The notes below the pieces were generated by a model that was not told where the DNA came from, searched no databases, and saw nothing but the letters and a program-made list of their open reading frames with translations. From positions 3,872,001 through 3,936,000 of the forward strand of contig CBDBGH010000003.1 of NCBI GenBank assembly GCA_965205265.1: DNA of 64,000 nt, given 5' to 3'. This document shows, piece by piece, positions 9,202 through 18,578 of this stretch. The stretch is from Alphaproteobacteria bacterium. Lineage in GTDB: Bacteria; Pseudomonadota; Alphaproteobacteria; Bin95. A program made the position numbers and the translations under genes. Position 1 is the first letter of the stretch. Each line of letters starts with the position of its first letter.

Positions 9202-10361
9202 CAGAGGCCCTCGCCCATGCGGCCCGGATTGAGGATGCGCTTCGGGTCGAAGCTCTCCTTCACCCGCCGCGAGAGCGCCGCCAGCGCCGGCGGCTGCGGG
9301 TGGAAGACGGGCTCGCTTGCGCGGACTGCATCGGGCGCGCGAATGCAGGTCGCATGGCCGGCGAGGCCCTCGCGGATCGCCGCCCCGTGCCGCCCCGCCT
9401 CCAGCGCCAGCCAGAGGAGCCCGCCCGCCCAGTCTAACAGCCGGCCCGCGATCGGCAGGCCCCGTTCGGCGAGCCTGACGGCCACCGCCGCCCCGTCGGC
9501 CGGCGCCACGGAGAGCCGCCAGAGCTGCTCGCCCCGCCCCGTGAGCCCGCGCAGGTCGCGGACATCCTCCCAGAAGGCGCGCGAGGCGGCGTCGGCCAGC
9601 ACCTCCGCCTCGCCGCCGAAATGCGCCAGCAGCGCCTCGCGCCGGCTCGCCACGGACACCGCCGGGCCTTCGAGCCGGAGCCCCGTGCGGCCGCCCCCGT
9701 CCGGCGCGTGGGCGAAGCCGGAGACCTCCGCCGGCAGGCCAGAGGCCGCGGTCATCAGCGCCACGGCCGCCGCATCGTCCAGGCCCCGGAACACAACCGT
9801 CTCCTCGGTTTCCGGCTTCGGCAGCACCTTGACGGTGATCTCGCTCATCACGCCGAGCGTGCCGTGCGAGCCCGCCATCAGCTTGGAGAGGTCGTAGCCG
9901 GTCACGTTCTTCATCACCCGCCCGCCGGACTTGAAAGGTTCGCCCCGCCCGCTGACGGCGCGGAAGCCCAGCACATGGTCGCGCGCCGCCCCCGCCCGGA
10001 TGCGGCGCGGGCCGGAGGCGTTGACCGCGACCGCACCGCCGAGCGTGCCCCGGCCGGCCGGGCCGCCCAGAATGGCGCCGTAATCCGCGGGCTCGAAGGC
10101 GAGCTGCTGGCCCTGCTGGTCGAGCAGGCCCTGGATTTCGCGAAGCGGCGTGCCGGCGCCCGCGGTCAGCACGAGCTCCGCCGGCTCGTAGAGCGAGACG
10201 CCGCGCATGGCGGCCGCGGTGAGCCGGCGCCCGGCCTCTACGGTATGGCCGAAGCCGCGCTTGCTGCCCTCGCCCTCGACCGCGAGCGGGGCATCCTGCG
10301 CGACCGCCCAGGCTATCGCCTCCTCCAGCTCGGCCTCGTCGCGGGGCGCCAGCTCCTCCAT
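9201..10361 (-). CDS. glcE: Glycolate oxidase FAD-binding subunit
   Basis: YEPAELVL, GGRVMKNVTGYDLSKL, FDPKRILNPGRM; lies between glcD and glcF. Confidence 0.93.
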   Translation of the reverse strand: MEELAPRDEAELEEAIAWAVAQDAPLAVEGEGSKRGFGHTVEAGRRLTAAAMRGVSLYEPAELVLTAGAGTPLREIQGLLDQQGQQLAFEPADYGAILGGPAGRGTLGGAVAVNASGPRRIRAGAARDHVLGFRAVSGRGEPFKSGGRVMKNVTGYDLSKLMAGSHGTLGVMSEITVKVLPKPETEETVVFRGLDDAAAVALMTAASGLPAEVSGFAHAPDGGGRTGLRLEGPAVSVASRREALLAHFGGEAEVLADAASRAFWEDVRDLRGLTGRGEQLWRLSVAPADGAAVAVRLAERGLPIAGRLLDWAGGLLWLALEAGRHGAAIREGLAGHATCIRAPDAVRASEPVFHPQPPALAALSRRVKESFDPKRILNPGRMGEGL

Positions 10362-10384
10362 GCCGCCGGGTCCAGCAGGCCGGC

Positions 10385-11878
10385 TCAGAAGCGCGGCAGG
10401 TCCGGGAAGGGCAGCGCGCCGCCCCGGACATGCATCCGCCCGAGCTCGGCGCAGCGCCGCAGGGTCGGGAAGACCTTGCCGGGATTGAGCCGGTGTTCGG
10501 GGTCGAAGGCGCATTTGACCCGCTGCTGCTGGTCGAGGTCGGCCTCTGTGAACATCGCGCCCATCAGGTCGCGCTTCTCGACGCCGACGCCGTGCTCGCC
10601 GGTCAGCACGCCGCCGACCGCGACGCAGAGCTTCAATATGTCCGCGCCGAAGGCCTCCGCCTTCTCGATATCGCCCGGCCGGTTGGCGTCGTAGAGGATC
10701 AGCGGGTGCAGGTTTCCGTCGCCGGCATGGAACACGTTCGCGACGCGCAGCCCGTGCCTGCCGGCGAGTTCCGTTATGCCGGCCAGCACTTCGGCGAGCC
10801 GGCCGCGCGGAATGGTGCCGTCCATGCACAGATAGTCCGGCCCGATGGCGCCGACGGCCGGGAAGGCGTTCTTGCGCCCGGCCCAGAAGCCGAGCCGCTC
10901 CTCCTCGCTCTCGGAAGCGCGGACGGTCGTCGCGCCGGCGTCCCGCGCCATGGCCGAGACCCGTTCGACGAGATGGTCCACCTCGGAGGCCTCGCCGTCG
11001 AGTTCGCAGATCAGCAGCGAGGCGGCGTCCGTCGGGTAGCCGCAGGGCTGGAAGTCCTCCGCTGCGCGGATCGCCGGCCCGTCCATCATCTCGAGCCCGC
11101 CGGGGACAATGCCGGCCGCGATGATGTCCGCCACGCAGCCTGCGCCCGCCTCCACCGTCGGGAAGGCGAGCAGCAGGCCGCGCGCCGTCTCCGGCTTCGC
11201 CAGCAGGCGCACCGTCACCTCCGTAATGACGCCCAGCAGGCCCTCCGAGCCGGTCATCAGCCCCATCAGGTCGTAGCCCTCGGAGTCCAGGTGCTTGCCG
11301 CCGAGACGCACGATCTCGCCGCCCATGAGCACGATTTCGAGGCCGAGGATGTTGTTGGTCGTCAGGCCGTATTTCAGGCAGTGCACGCCGCCCGAATTCT
11401 CGCCGACATTGCCGCCGATGGAACACGCGATCTGCGAGGAGGGGTCGGGCGCGTAGTAGAAGCCGCGCGCCGCGACCGCATCGCTGATCGCGAGATTGGC
11501 CACGCCCGGCTGCACGCGCGCGCACCGGTTCCCGTAGTCGATCTCCAGGATGCGGTTGAACTTGCCCATGGCGAGCAGGATGCCGTCGCCGAGCGGCATG
11601 GCGCCGCCGGACAGCGAGGTGCCGGCCCCGCGCGGCACGACCTTGACGTTCATCCCGGCGGCGAGCGCCATGACCGCCTGCACCTGGCTCACCGTCTCCG
11701 GCAGGGCGACGACGAGCGGCAGCTGGCGGTACATGGTGAGCGCGTCGCACTCATAGGCGCGCATCCCCGCCTCTTCGGCGATCACGCTCTCGTCGGGCAG
11801 GATCGCGCGCAGCCGGCGGATCAGCCGGTCGCGGTTCTCCAGGATCGCCGCCTCGGGCGCCGGCATGGTGAGCGACAT
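10385..11878 (-). CDS. glcD: Glycolate oxidase subunit (FAD-linked oxidase)
   Basis: PRGAGTSLSGGA, YAPDPSSQIACSIGGN, HAGDGNLHP, GEHGVGVEK. Confidence 0.95.
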   Translation of the reverse strand: MSLTMPAPEAAILENRDRLIRRLRAILPDESVIAEEAGMRAYECDALTMYRQLPLVVALPETVSQVQAVMALAAGMNVKVVPRGAGTSLSGGAMPLGDGILLAMGKFNRILEIDYGNRCARVQPGVANLAISDAVAARGFYYAPDPSSQIACSIGGNVGENSGGVHCLKYGLTTNNILGLEIVLMGGEIVRLGGKHLDSEGYDLMGLMTGSEGLLGVITEVTVRLLAKPETARGLLLAFPTVEAGAGCVADIIAAGIVPGGLEMMDGPAIRAAEDFQPCGYPTDAASLLICELDGEASEVDHLVERVSAMARDAGATTVRASESEEERLGFWAGRKNAFPAVGAIGPDYLCMDGTIPRGRLAEVLAGITELAGRHGLRVANVFHAGDGNLHPLILYDANRPGDIEKAEAFGADILKLCVAVGGVLTGEHGVGVEKRDLMGAMFTEADLDQQQRVKCAFDPEHRLNPGKVFPTLRRCAELGRMHVRGGALPFPDLPRF

Positions 11879-12040
11879 GAACAGAAGCCTCCCCGACCGC
11901 CCGCCAGTCTAGGAGGTTTCCCGCGCGAACGGAAACGCCCGCGGGCCTCTTCTGTCATTGCATGCGCCACATACGGTTGATAACTGATATCAGGTCGATT
12001 ATAAAACGACCGCAAGTCGATTGCGAATGGGTTTTGGCGC

Positions 12041-13216
12041 ATGTTGTTCGCATATCGCGCTCTGGACAACGCGGAACGGCGGGTCGAGGCTGCAACGGCC
12101 CGGATACGCGCCGAGCTGCGCCAGTATGTGGTCACGGAACCGCGCCGCTGGACGGGCCTTCTGGCCCGCATGACCCGCGCCCGCGCCCTCGCCGCGTCCA
12201 ACAGCATCGAAGGCATCCATGTGTCGGACGAGGACGCCATCGCCGCCATCGACCGCGAAGACCCGGCCGACACGGACCGCGACACCTGGCGGGCCGTTAC
12301 CGGCTATCGCGAAGCGATGGACTACATCCTGCAGCGGCGGCAGAGCCCCTCGTTCAGGATCACCGAGGACGTTCTGCTGGCCGTCCACTTCATGATTTGC
12401 CAGTCGGACTTCGGCGCGCGTCCCGGCCAGTACCGGCCGGGCTGGGTGGGCGTCAGGAACGCGAGGACCGGCGATCTGGTCCATGAGGGCGTGGACCGCG
12501 ACCGGCTGGAGCCCCTGATCCACGAACTCCTGGACTATGTGAATGACGGGGAGGTTGAGTCGGTTTTCCTGCGCGCCGCCATGACGCATCTCAATCTGGC
12601 GATGCTGCATCCGTTCTCGGACGGCAACGGCAGGACCGCCAGGTGTCTTCAAACGGCGGTGCTTGCGAGCGACGGGATCGTCGCTCCCGCGTTTTCCTCC
12701 ATCGAGGAATATACCGGGCGCAACCAGCAGCAATATTACGACGTGCTGGCGGAGGTCGGCGGCGGCGGATGGAACCCGGAGCGCAGCGCCAAACCCTGGG
12801 TCCGGTTTTGCCTGACCGGCCATTACCGGCAGGCGCAAACGCTTCTTCGCCGGACAAGGGAGCTGGAGCGGGTCTATGCGGAACTCGAGGATCTGGTTGC
12901 GGCGAACAGGCTTCCCGAACGCATGTCCATGGCGCTGCTGCAGGCCGCCTTCGGCGGCAGGGTGAGGAACTCGTCCTATCGGGTCAGCGCCGACATATCC
13001 AAGAATCTCGCCACCCGGGACCTGAAGGCGCTTGTCGATGCCGGCCTCCTTGTCCCCGAAGGTGAAAAACGCGGCCGGTTCTACGTTCCGTCCACCGCCG
13101 TGGCCGAGCTTCGCCGGAAGGCGCGCCTCGACAGGATCATCGACGATCCGTTTGCTGAGGATGGACCGGTGCAAATGGCCGCCCGCCAATCGAGTCTGTT
13201 CGCCGCCAACATATGA
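12041..13216 (+). CDS. Fic family protein with C-terminal HTH
   Basis: HPFSDGNGRTAR Fic motif; SNSIEG N-terminal inhibitory-type motif; ATRDLKALVDAGLL wHTH-like end. Confidence 0.92.
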   Translation: MLFAYRALDNAERRVEAATARIRAELRQYVVTEPRRWTGLLARMTRARALAASNSIEGIHVSDEDAIAAIDREDPADTDRDTWRAVTGYREAMDYILQRRQSPSFRITEDVLLAVHFMICQSDFGARPGQYRPGWVGVRNARTGDLVHEGVDRDRLEPLIHELLDYVNDGEVESVFLRAAMTHLNLAMLHPFSDGNGRTARCLQTAVLASDGIVAPAFSSIEEYTGRNQQQYYDVLAEVGGGGWNPERSAKPWVRFCLTGHYRQAQTLLRRTRELERVYAELEDLVAANRLPERMSMALLQAAFGGRVRNSSYRVSADISKNLATRDLKALVDAGLLVPEGEKRGRFYVPSTAVAELRRKARLDRIIDDPFAEDGPVQMAARQSSLFAANI

Positions 13217-13276
13217 CCCGGCCCGCGCCGCGCGCTATGCTGGCGGCCGGTAAGGACAGCGGCGGAGGGCCGGGCT

Positions 13277-14449
13277 ATGGCGGGCGGCACGTGGATTTCC
13301 TTTCCCCACAGCGAGGGCGAGACCAACCGGCGGGCGCATGTCCGGCTGCCCGAAGGCCGTTTCGAGCGCGAGCTCGGCCGCGAGGGCTTCTTCGGGCCGG
13401 CGGCGCACATGTACCACCGCAACCCGCCGACCGCCTGGACCGGCTGGGAAGGCCCGCTCCGCCCCCGCGCCTTCGACCTGAACAAACTGCCCGCCGCCGC
13501 CTCGCCCTGGGAGGCCCGGCGGGTGCTGCACAACGCCCATGTCGATTACCGCTTCTGGCGCGCGGACGGGCGCATGGATCATCTCGTCCGCAACGGCGAC
13601 GGCGACGACCTGCTCTTCCTGCATCGCGGCCAAGGCGACTTCTTCTGCGATTACGGCCGGCTCCCCGTCGAGCAGGGGGATTATGTCGTCATCCCGCGCG
13701 GCACCATGTGGCGGCTGGATGCCGAGGGGCCGGCGGAAGCGCTGCTGATCGAGGCGACGGGCGGTTTCTACCGGCTGCCGGAGAAGGGCATGGTGGGCCG
13801 CCATGCGGTGTTCGACCCGGCCGCGCTGGCGCTGCCACGCATCGACGAGGCCTTCCGCGCCCAGCAGGGGCCGGGCGCGTGGCAGGTGCGGATCAAGCGG
13901 CGGGGCGCGATCAGCTGCGCGACCTTCCCCTTCAACCCGCTGGATGCCGTCGGCTGGCACGGGGATCTCTCCGTCGCCAAGCTCAATGTGCGCGAGATCA
14001 GGCCGCTGATGAGCCACCGCTACCACCTGCCGCCTTCCGCGCACACCACTTTCGTCGCCGACCGCTTCGTCGTCTGCACCTTCGCGCCGCGCCCGGCGGA
14101 GTCCGACCCCGAGGCGCTCAAGGTGCCGTTCTTCCACAACAATGACGATTACGACGAGGTGATCTTCTACCACTCCGGCGATTTCTTCAGCCGCGACGGC
14201 ATCGACGCCGGCATGGTGACATTGCACCCCTGCGGCTTCGCCCACGGCCCCCACCCCAAGGCGCTGTCGCGCATGCTCAGCGGCGGCAAGGCGTTCCTCG
14301 ACGAATATGCCGTGATGCTGGATACGCGCGACGCTCTCGACGTGGGGGACCTGCCGGAAGACATCGAATGGGCCGGCTATGTCGACAGCTGGCGGGGCGG
14401 GCTCGCCTTTGCGCCCGACGCGCCGGAAAACGGCGGCGGCGGGACGTAG
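13277..14449 (+). CDS. hmgA: Homogentisate 1,2-dioxygenase
   Basis: RNGDGDDLLF, NPLDAVGWHG, HLPPSAH, PFFHNNDDYDEVIFYH, HPCGFAHGPHP. Confidence 0.92.
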   Translation: MAGGTWISFPHSEGETNRRAHVRLPEGRFERELGREGFFGPAAHMYHRNPPTAWTGWEGPLRPRAFDLNKLPAAASPWEARRVLHNAHVDYRFWRADGRMDHLVRNGDGDDLLFLHRGQGDFFCDYGRLPVEQGDYVVIPRGTMWRLDAEGPAEALLIEATGGFYRLPEKGMVGRHAVFDPAALALPRIDEAFRAQQGPGAWQVRIKRRGAISCATFPFNPLDAVGWHGDLSVAKLNVREIRPLMSHRYHLPPSAHTTFVADRFVVCTFAPRPAESDPEALKVPFFHNNDDYDEVIFYHSGDFFSRDGIDAGMVTLHPCGFAHGPHPKALSRMLSGGKAFLDEYAVMLDTRDALDVGDLPEDIEWAGYVDSWRGGLAFAPDAPENGGGGT

Positions 14450-14467
14450 CGCCTCCGGAAACCCGCC

Positions 14468-16351
14468 ATGCGCCCCGCCTCTCTCCTGAAGTGGGCCGGG
14501 CTGGCGCTGGTCATCCTTGTCGCGGCCGCGGCCGCGCTTCTCCTCTCGCTCGATGTCGGCAGCTACCGCGGCCAGATCGAAGCGGAATTCCGCAAGGCGA
14601 CCGGCCGCGATCTTGCCATTGGCGGCGATATCGGCCTCTCGATCTCGCTCAGTCCCGCCGTGGTCGTGGAGCGGGTCTCCATCGCCAATGCCGGCTGGGG
14701 CTCGCGCCCGGCGATGGTCGCGCTCGAACGCGCCGAGGCCGAAGTCGAGCTGCTGCCGCTGCTCGCCGGCGATATCCGCGTGACCCGGCTCGTCCTGATC
14801 GAGCCCGACATCCTGCTCGAGACGAATGCGGACGGCCTCTCCAACTGGCGGACAGGACCGTCTTCGGGCGACCGGTCCGGCGTACCTGCCGGCTCCGCGA
14901 AGAAAGCCGGTCGGGAGAGCGGGGCAAGCGCCCGGCCGCCCGTTCCGGTCTTCAACCATGTGGAAGTCCGCCGTGGACGCCTGACCTACAGGGACGCGCG
15001 GACCGGAAGCGAGATGCGCTTCGACCTGGAACGGGCATCGGCAAGGGCGGCCCCCCTGGGCGCACTACTAGAGATCGGGGCTGAGGGCGCCTGGAACGGA
15101 GTGCCGTTTTCGCTCTCGGGCACGGTTGAATCCCTGGCCGGCGTCGCCGCGGGGGAGCCGGCGGTGGTCGACTTCGAGTCCGCGCTCGGCGCCAGCGACC
15201 TCGCCGGGCGGATCGAGCTTGCGCTGGCGGGGCCGCGCCCGCGCCTTGCCGGGAGGCTCAGGGCCGGCGTAATCGACCTCGTCGGGCTGCGGGCGAAACC
15301 CGACGGCAGCGGGCGTCCTGTCGGTTCGCCCGGCGGCGCGAAGCCTGAGAAGATGGGCCCGGGCCGGGTGTTCTCCGACGACCCGTTTTCCCTGGACGGG
15401 CTCGGGGCCGTCGATCTGGACCTGGCCCTGAGCATCGGGAAGCTCTCCGGCTATGCCGTTCCGGTCGGTGCGCTGGATACCCGCGTGAGCCTCGACGACG
15501 GCAGGCTCGCGGCAAAGCCGTTCCGGGCGACCGTCGCCGGGAGCCGGGTGGAGGGCGAACTGCACATCGATGCGCGAGGCGCGCCGCCGGGCCTTCGCCT
15601 CGCCGCAAGGGCCGCGGAACTGGATGTCGGCCGGCTGCTGGACGAGTCCGGCATTACCGATCTCTTCGAGGGCAAGGCAAAGGCGAGCGTCGATCTTTCG
15701 GGTTCCGGCGGGTCGATTGCCGCACTGATGGCCGGCCTCGACGGCGATATCCGGATTGTCGGCGGCAACGGCCGCCTGAAGACGGAGGCCATCGACGCGG
15801 CGGTCGGCGGCGCAAATGCCCTGCTCGGCACGCTGTTCGAAGGCCGCGAGCAATGGACGGTCGTCAATTGCGCGGTTGCGTCCGTCGGCATCGTGAAGGG
15901 GCGCGCGACGAGCCGGGCAACCCTGATCGACACCGAATATTCGACCGTCGCCGCAAAGGGCACGGCGGACCTGGCCTCGGAAACGCTCGACCTCGTCGTC
16001 GAGCCGCAGGCGAAATCGGCAACCCTCAATGTCGCCGTGCCGGTCCATGTCCGGGGCAGCTTCGCCGAGCCGAAAATCCGGCCCGACACCGGCGCGGCGC
16101 TGAAGAAACTCGGCGGGCTCGCCGCCCTCGCGCTGTTCCCGCCCGCCGCCATCGTCGGCCTCGGCGAACTCGGCGGCGGCGACAATGAATGCCTGAAGAC
16201 CGCCGCAGCCGGTCCGAAAACAGGCGCGGCGGCCGGGCCGGAATCCCCGCCGCCGGAAAAGGCGGTCCGGGATCTCAGGGACAATCTCAAGGGCGCGGTG
16301 AAGGATATCGGCCGCGGCCTGAAGGGCCTGTTCCGGGGCGGGAAGGACTGA
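14468..16351 (+). CDS. AsmA family protein
   Basis: N-terminal TM helix, ATGRDLAIGGDI, beta-rich body, C-terminal VPVHVRGSFAEP. Confidence 0.87.
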   Translation: MRPASLLKWAGLALVILVAAAAALLLSLDVGSYRGQIEAEFRKATGRDLAIGGDIGLSISLSPAVVVERVSIANAGWGSRPAMVALERAEAEVELLPLLAGDIRVTRLVLIEPDILLETNADGLSNWRTGPSSGDRSGVPAGSAKKAGRESGASARPPVPVFNHVEVRRGRLTYRDARTGSEMRFDLERASARAAPLGALLEIGAEGAWNGVPFSLSGTVESLAGVAAGEPAVVDFESALGASDLAGRIELALAGPRPRLAGRLRAGVIDLVGLRAKPDGSGRPVGSPGGAKPEKMGPGRVFSDDPFSLDGLGAVDLDLALSIGKLSGYAVPVGALDTRVSLDDGRLAAKPFRATVAGSRVEGELHIDARGAPPGLRLAARAAELDVGRLLDESGITDLFEGKAKASVDLSGSGGSIAALMAGLDGDIRIVGGNGRLKTEAIDAAVGGANALLGTLFEGREQWTVVNCAVASVGIVKGRATSRATLIDTEYSTVAAKGTADLASETLDLVVEPQAKSATLNVAVPVHVRGSFAEPKIRPDTGAALKKLGGLAALALFPPAAIVGLGELGGGDNECLKTAAAGPKTGAAAGPESPPPEKAVRDLRDNLKGAVKDIGRGLKGLFRGGKD

Positions 16352-16586
16352 TACCGGCGGCACCGGGTTGCCACTCATGGAGAATGCGCCCCGCCGCCTG
16401 CCCTCGCGAAAGCGGGGGCGTCCCGGTTCCCCTTCAGCGTCACCCCGGCCGGAACGGAGCGAAGCGGAGTGAAGAGCCGGGGTCTCCCTGCGGGGTGCCC
16501 CTGCCGCGGGAGGTCCCGGATCGGCGCTGACGCGCCGTCCGGGACGACGGCAAAGGCTCATTGGTTCGTGCTTGCAGCCGCCGGTA
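16352..16586. mobile_element. MITE-like element with TACCGGCGGC terminal inverted repeats and internal REP-type palindromes
   Basis: TGATACCGGCGGC at 16349-16361 and GCCGCCGGTATCA at 16577-16589; internal hairpins such as GTCCCGGATCGGCG...CGCCGTCCGGGAC. Confidence 0.65.
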
Positions 16587-16817
16587 TCACTCGGCGGCGG
16601 AAGACATCGACCTCCGCTCCCGGTCGGCGGCGAATGCGAGGCAGGCGCGGATATCCTCTTCGACGAGATACGGGAAGTCTTCGAGGATTTCCGGGACGGT
16701 CATGCCGGAGGCGAGATAGTCGAGGACATCGTAAACGGCGATCCGCATGCCCCGGATGCAGGGCCGGCCGCCGCGCTTGCCGGGCTCGATGGTAATGCGG
16801 CCGTCATAGTCCGCCAC
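16587..16817 (-). CDS. DUF433 domain protein (putative antitoxin)
   Basis: RITIEPGKRGGRPCIRGMRIAVYDVLDYLASGMT...EDIRACLAFAA; GGGAGG RBS before GTG. Confidence 0.92.
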   Translation of the reverse strand: MADYDGRITIEPGKRGGRPCIRGMRIAVYDVLDYLASGMTVPEILEDFPYLVEEDIRACLAFAADRERRSMSSAAE

Positions 16818-16950
16818 TGCCGGTACCTCCCGCCGCTCGTTCCGTCGGGACACAGGGTGTGCTTCCCGACTCCAGCAAACCGGCCCGGCATCCGCGAGAC
16901 CGCGCAGCCGACCTCGACAGGGACAGTTCGGCGCGCCATGCTCGCATCCC

Positions 16951-17502
16951 ATGACCGGCGCGTCCTTCATCCGCACCGTGCCCGAAGGCGACGACCGGGA
17001 GCGGCTGGTCTGCGCCGATTGCGGGCATATCGCCTATGAGAACCCGAAGGTCGTGGTGGGCTCGGTCGCGGCATTCGGCGACCGGCTGCTGCTCTGCCGG
17101 CGCGCCATCGAGCCGCGCAAGGGCTTCTGGACCCTGCCCGCGGGCTATCTGGAACTGCACGAGACGCCCGAGGACGGAGCGAGGCGCGAGGCGGTCGAGG
17201 AGGCCTGCGCGGCCATCGAGATCGACCGGCTGCTCGCCGTCTTCTCCATCCCGCGCCTCTCGCAGGTGCAGCTCATCTTCCGCGCGCGCCTCGCCTCACC
17301 CAAGATCGCGCCGGGCCCCGAGAGCGCCGATGCGCGCCTGATGCGCTGGGAGGAGATTCCCTGGGACGAGATCGCCTTTCCGTCCGTCCGCTGGTCGCTC
17401 GACGCCTGGCGGCGGACGCTGGGCCAGGCGGATTTCGCGCCCCTCGGCAACCCGCCCGGAGAAACCGGCGACATGCGCGCCGGCAGGCCGGATCACACGT
17501 AG
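16951..17502 (+). CDS. NUDIX hydrolase with N-terminal zinc ribbon
   Basis: CADCGHIAYENPK; Nudix box GYLELHETPEDGARREAVEE. Confidence 0.92.
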   Translation: MTGASFIRTVPEGDDRERLVCADCGHIAYENPKVVVGSVAAFGDRLLLCRRAIEPRKGFWTLPAGYLELHETPEDGARREAVEEACAAIEIDRLLAVFSIPRLSQVQLIFRARLASPKIAPGPESADARLMRWEEIPWDEIAFPSVRWSLDAWRRTLGQADFAPLGNPPGETGDMRAGRPDHT

Positions 17503-18578
17503 GGGATCACCTTCTCCATCGTGATCCTCATCGACGCCTCGACATGCTCGATGGGAAGGCCGCCGAGCGTGCTCCAGAGCGCGAACTCGGTGATGCCGAG
17601 GCGGTCGCGCAGCTCGCGCAGGCGCGCGATGCACTCCTCCGGGTCGCCGGCGATGCAGGCGCCGAACTCGTGCAGCTTCTCGAAATTGAGATAACCCATC
17701 TCGCGGGTCTTCAGCCCCTCGGTCATGGTGAGCTCATAGCCCTTGACCGGCTGGAACGTCCCCGTCTGCGAAAGCTGGTTGCTCGCCACCTTGTTGTAGA
17801 ACCACTGCACCCGCTCGCCGAAGATCTCGCGCGCCTTGGCCCCGTCCTCGTGACAGAAATAGGGCATCAGCATCATGCGCTCGGCGGCCTTGGGGTCGCG
17901 CCCGTTCGCCTCGCAGGCCGCCTCGTAGCCGGCAAGGTTCTCCGCCAGCTTCTCCACCCAGACCTCCCGGTAGGTGCGGTAGGTGAAGGGCGAGGCGAGC
18001 TGCAGGTGGAAGCCCTTCTCCGCCGCCTGGGTGAAGCTTTCCGGCGAGATCGACGCCTGATAGACCGGCGGATGCGGCTGCTGGACCGGCTTCGGCAGGC
18101 ATTCCACCGGGTCGGGAATGGGCCAGTGGCGGCCGGCGGGCCGGCTGACCGTCTCGTTCGTCCAGGCGTCGAGCACGATATCGACGCCTTCGTTCATCAT
18201 CTCGCGCGCTTCCGCCATCGGCACGCCGAGCCCGACGAATTCGTGCGGCTGGTAGGCCCGCCCGACGCCGAACAGCAACCGCCCGTGGCTCAATATGTCG
18301 ATCAGCGCGAAATCCGAAGCCGTCCGGAGCGGATGGTTAAAGGGAATCGCCACGACGGCCGTGCCGATTTTGATCCGTTTCGTGCGCTGGGCGACGGCGG
18401 CGGCATAGACCTGGGTCGAGGTCACGACGCCATAGGTCGAGAACAGGTGCTCCGCCAGCCAGACCGTGTCGTAGCCGAGTTCCTCCGCCTTCACGAAATA
18501 GTCGAGGTCCTCGTCGAACGCCTCCACCCGGCGAGACTGGTCCGGCATCTGGCTCAGGCTGAAGACGGCCCATTTCAT
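17493..18578 (-). CDS. Luciferase-like (LLM) flavin-dependent monooxygenase
   Basis: AEELGYDTVWLAEH, LSHGRLLFGVGRAY, PKPVQQPHPP. Confidence 0.9.
   Translation of the reverse strand: MKWAVFSLSQMPDQSRRVEAFDEDLDYFVKAEELGYDTVWLAEHLFSTYGVVTSTQVYAAAVAQRTKRIKIGTAVVAIPFNHPLRTASDFALIDILSHGRLLFGVGRAYQPHEFVGLGVPMAEAREMMNEGVDIVLDAWTNETVSRPAGRHWPIPDPVECLPKPVQQPHPPVYQASISPESFTQAAEKGFHLQLASPFTYRTYREVWVEKLAENLAGYEAACEANGRDPKAAERMMLMPYFCHEDGAKAREIFGERVQWFYNKVASNQLSQTGTFQPVKGYELTMTEGLKTREMGYLNFEKLHEFGACIAGDPEECIARLRELRDRLGITEFALWSTLGGLPIEHVEASMRITMEKVIPYV

Noticed and set aside
7912-11750. 839-aa and 849-aa ORFs suggesting glc fusions
   Set aside because: The N-terminal extensions are off-frame read-through of GC-rich neighbours; the real starts are 9201 and 10361
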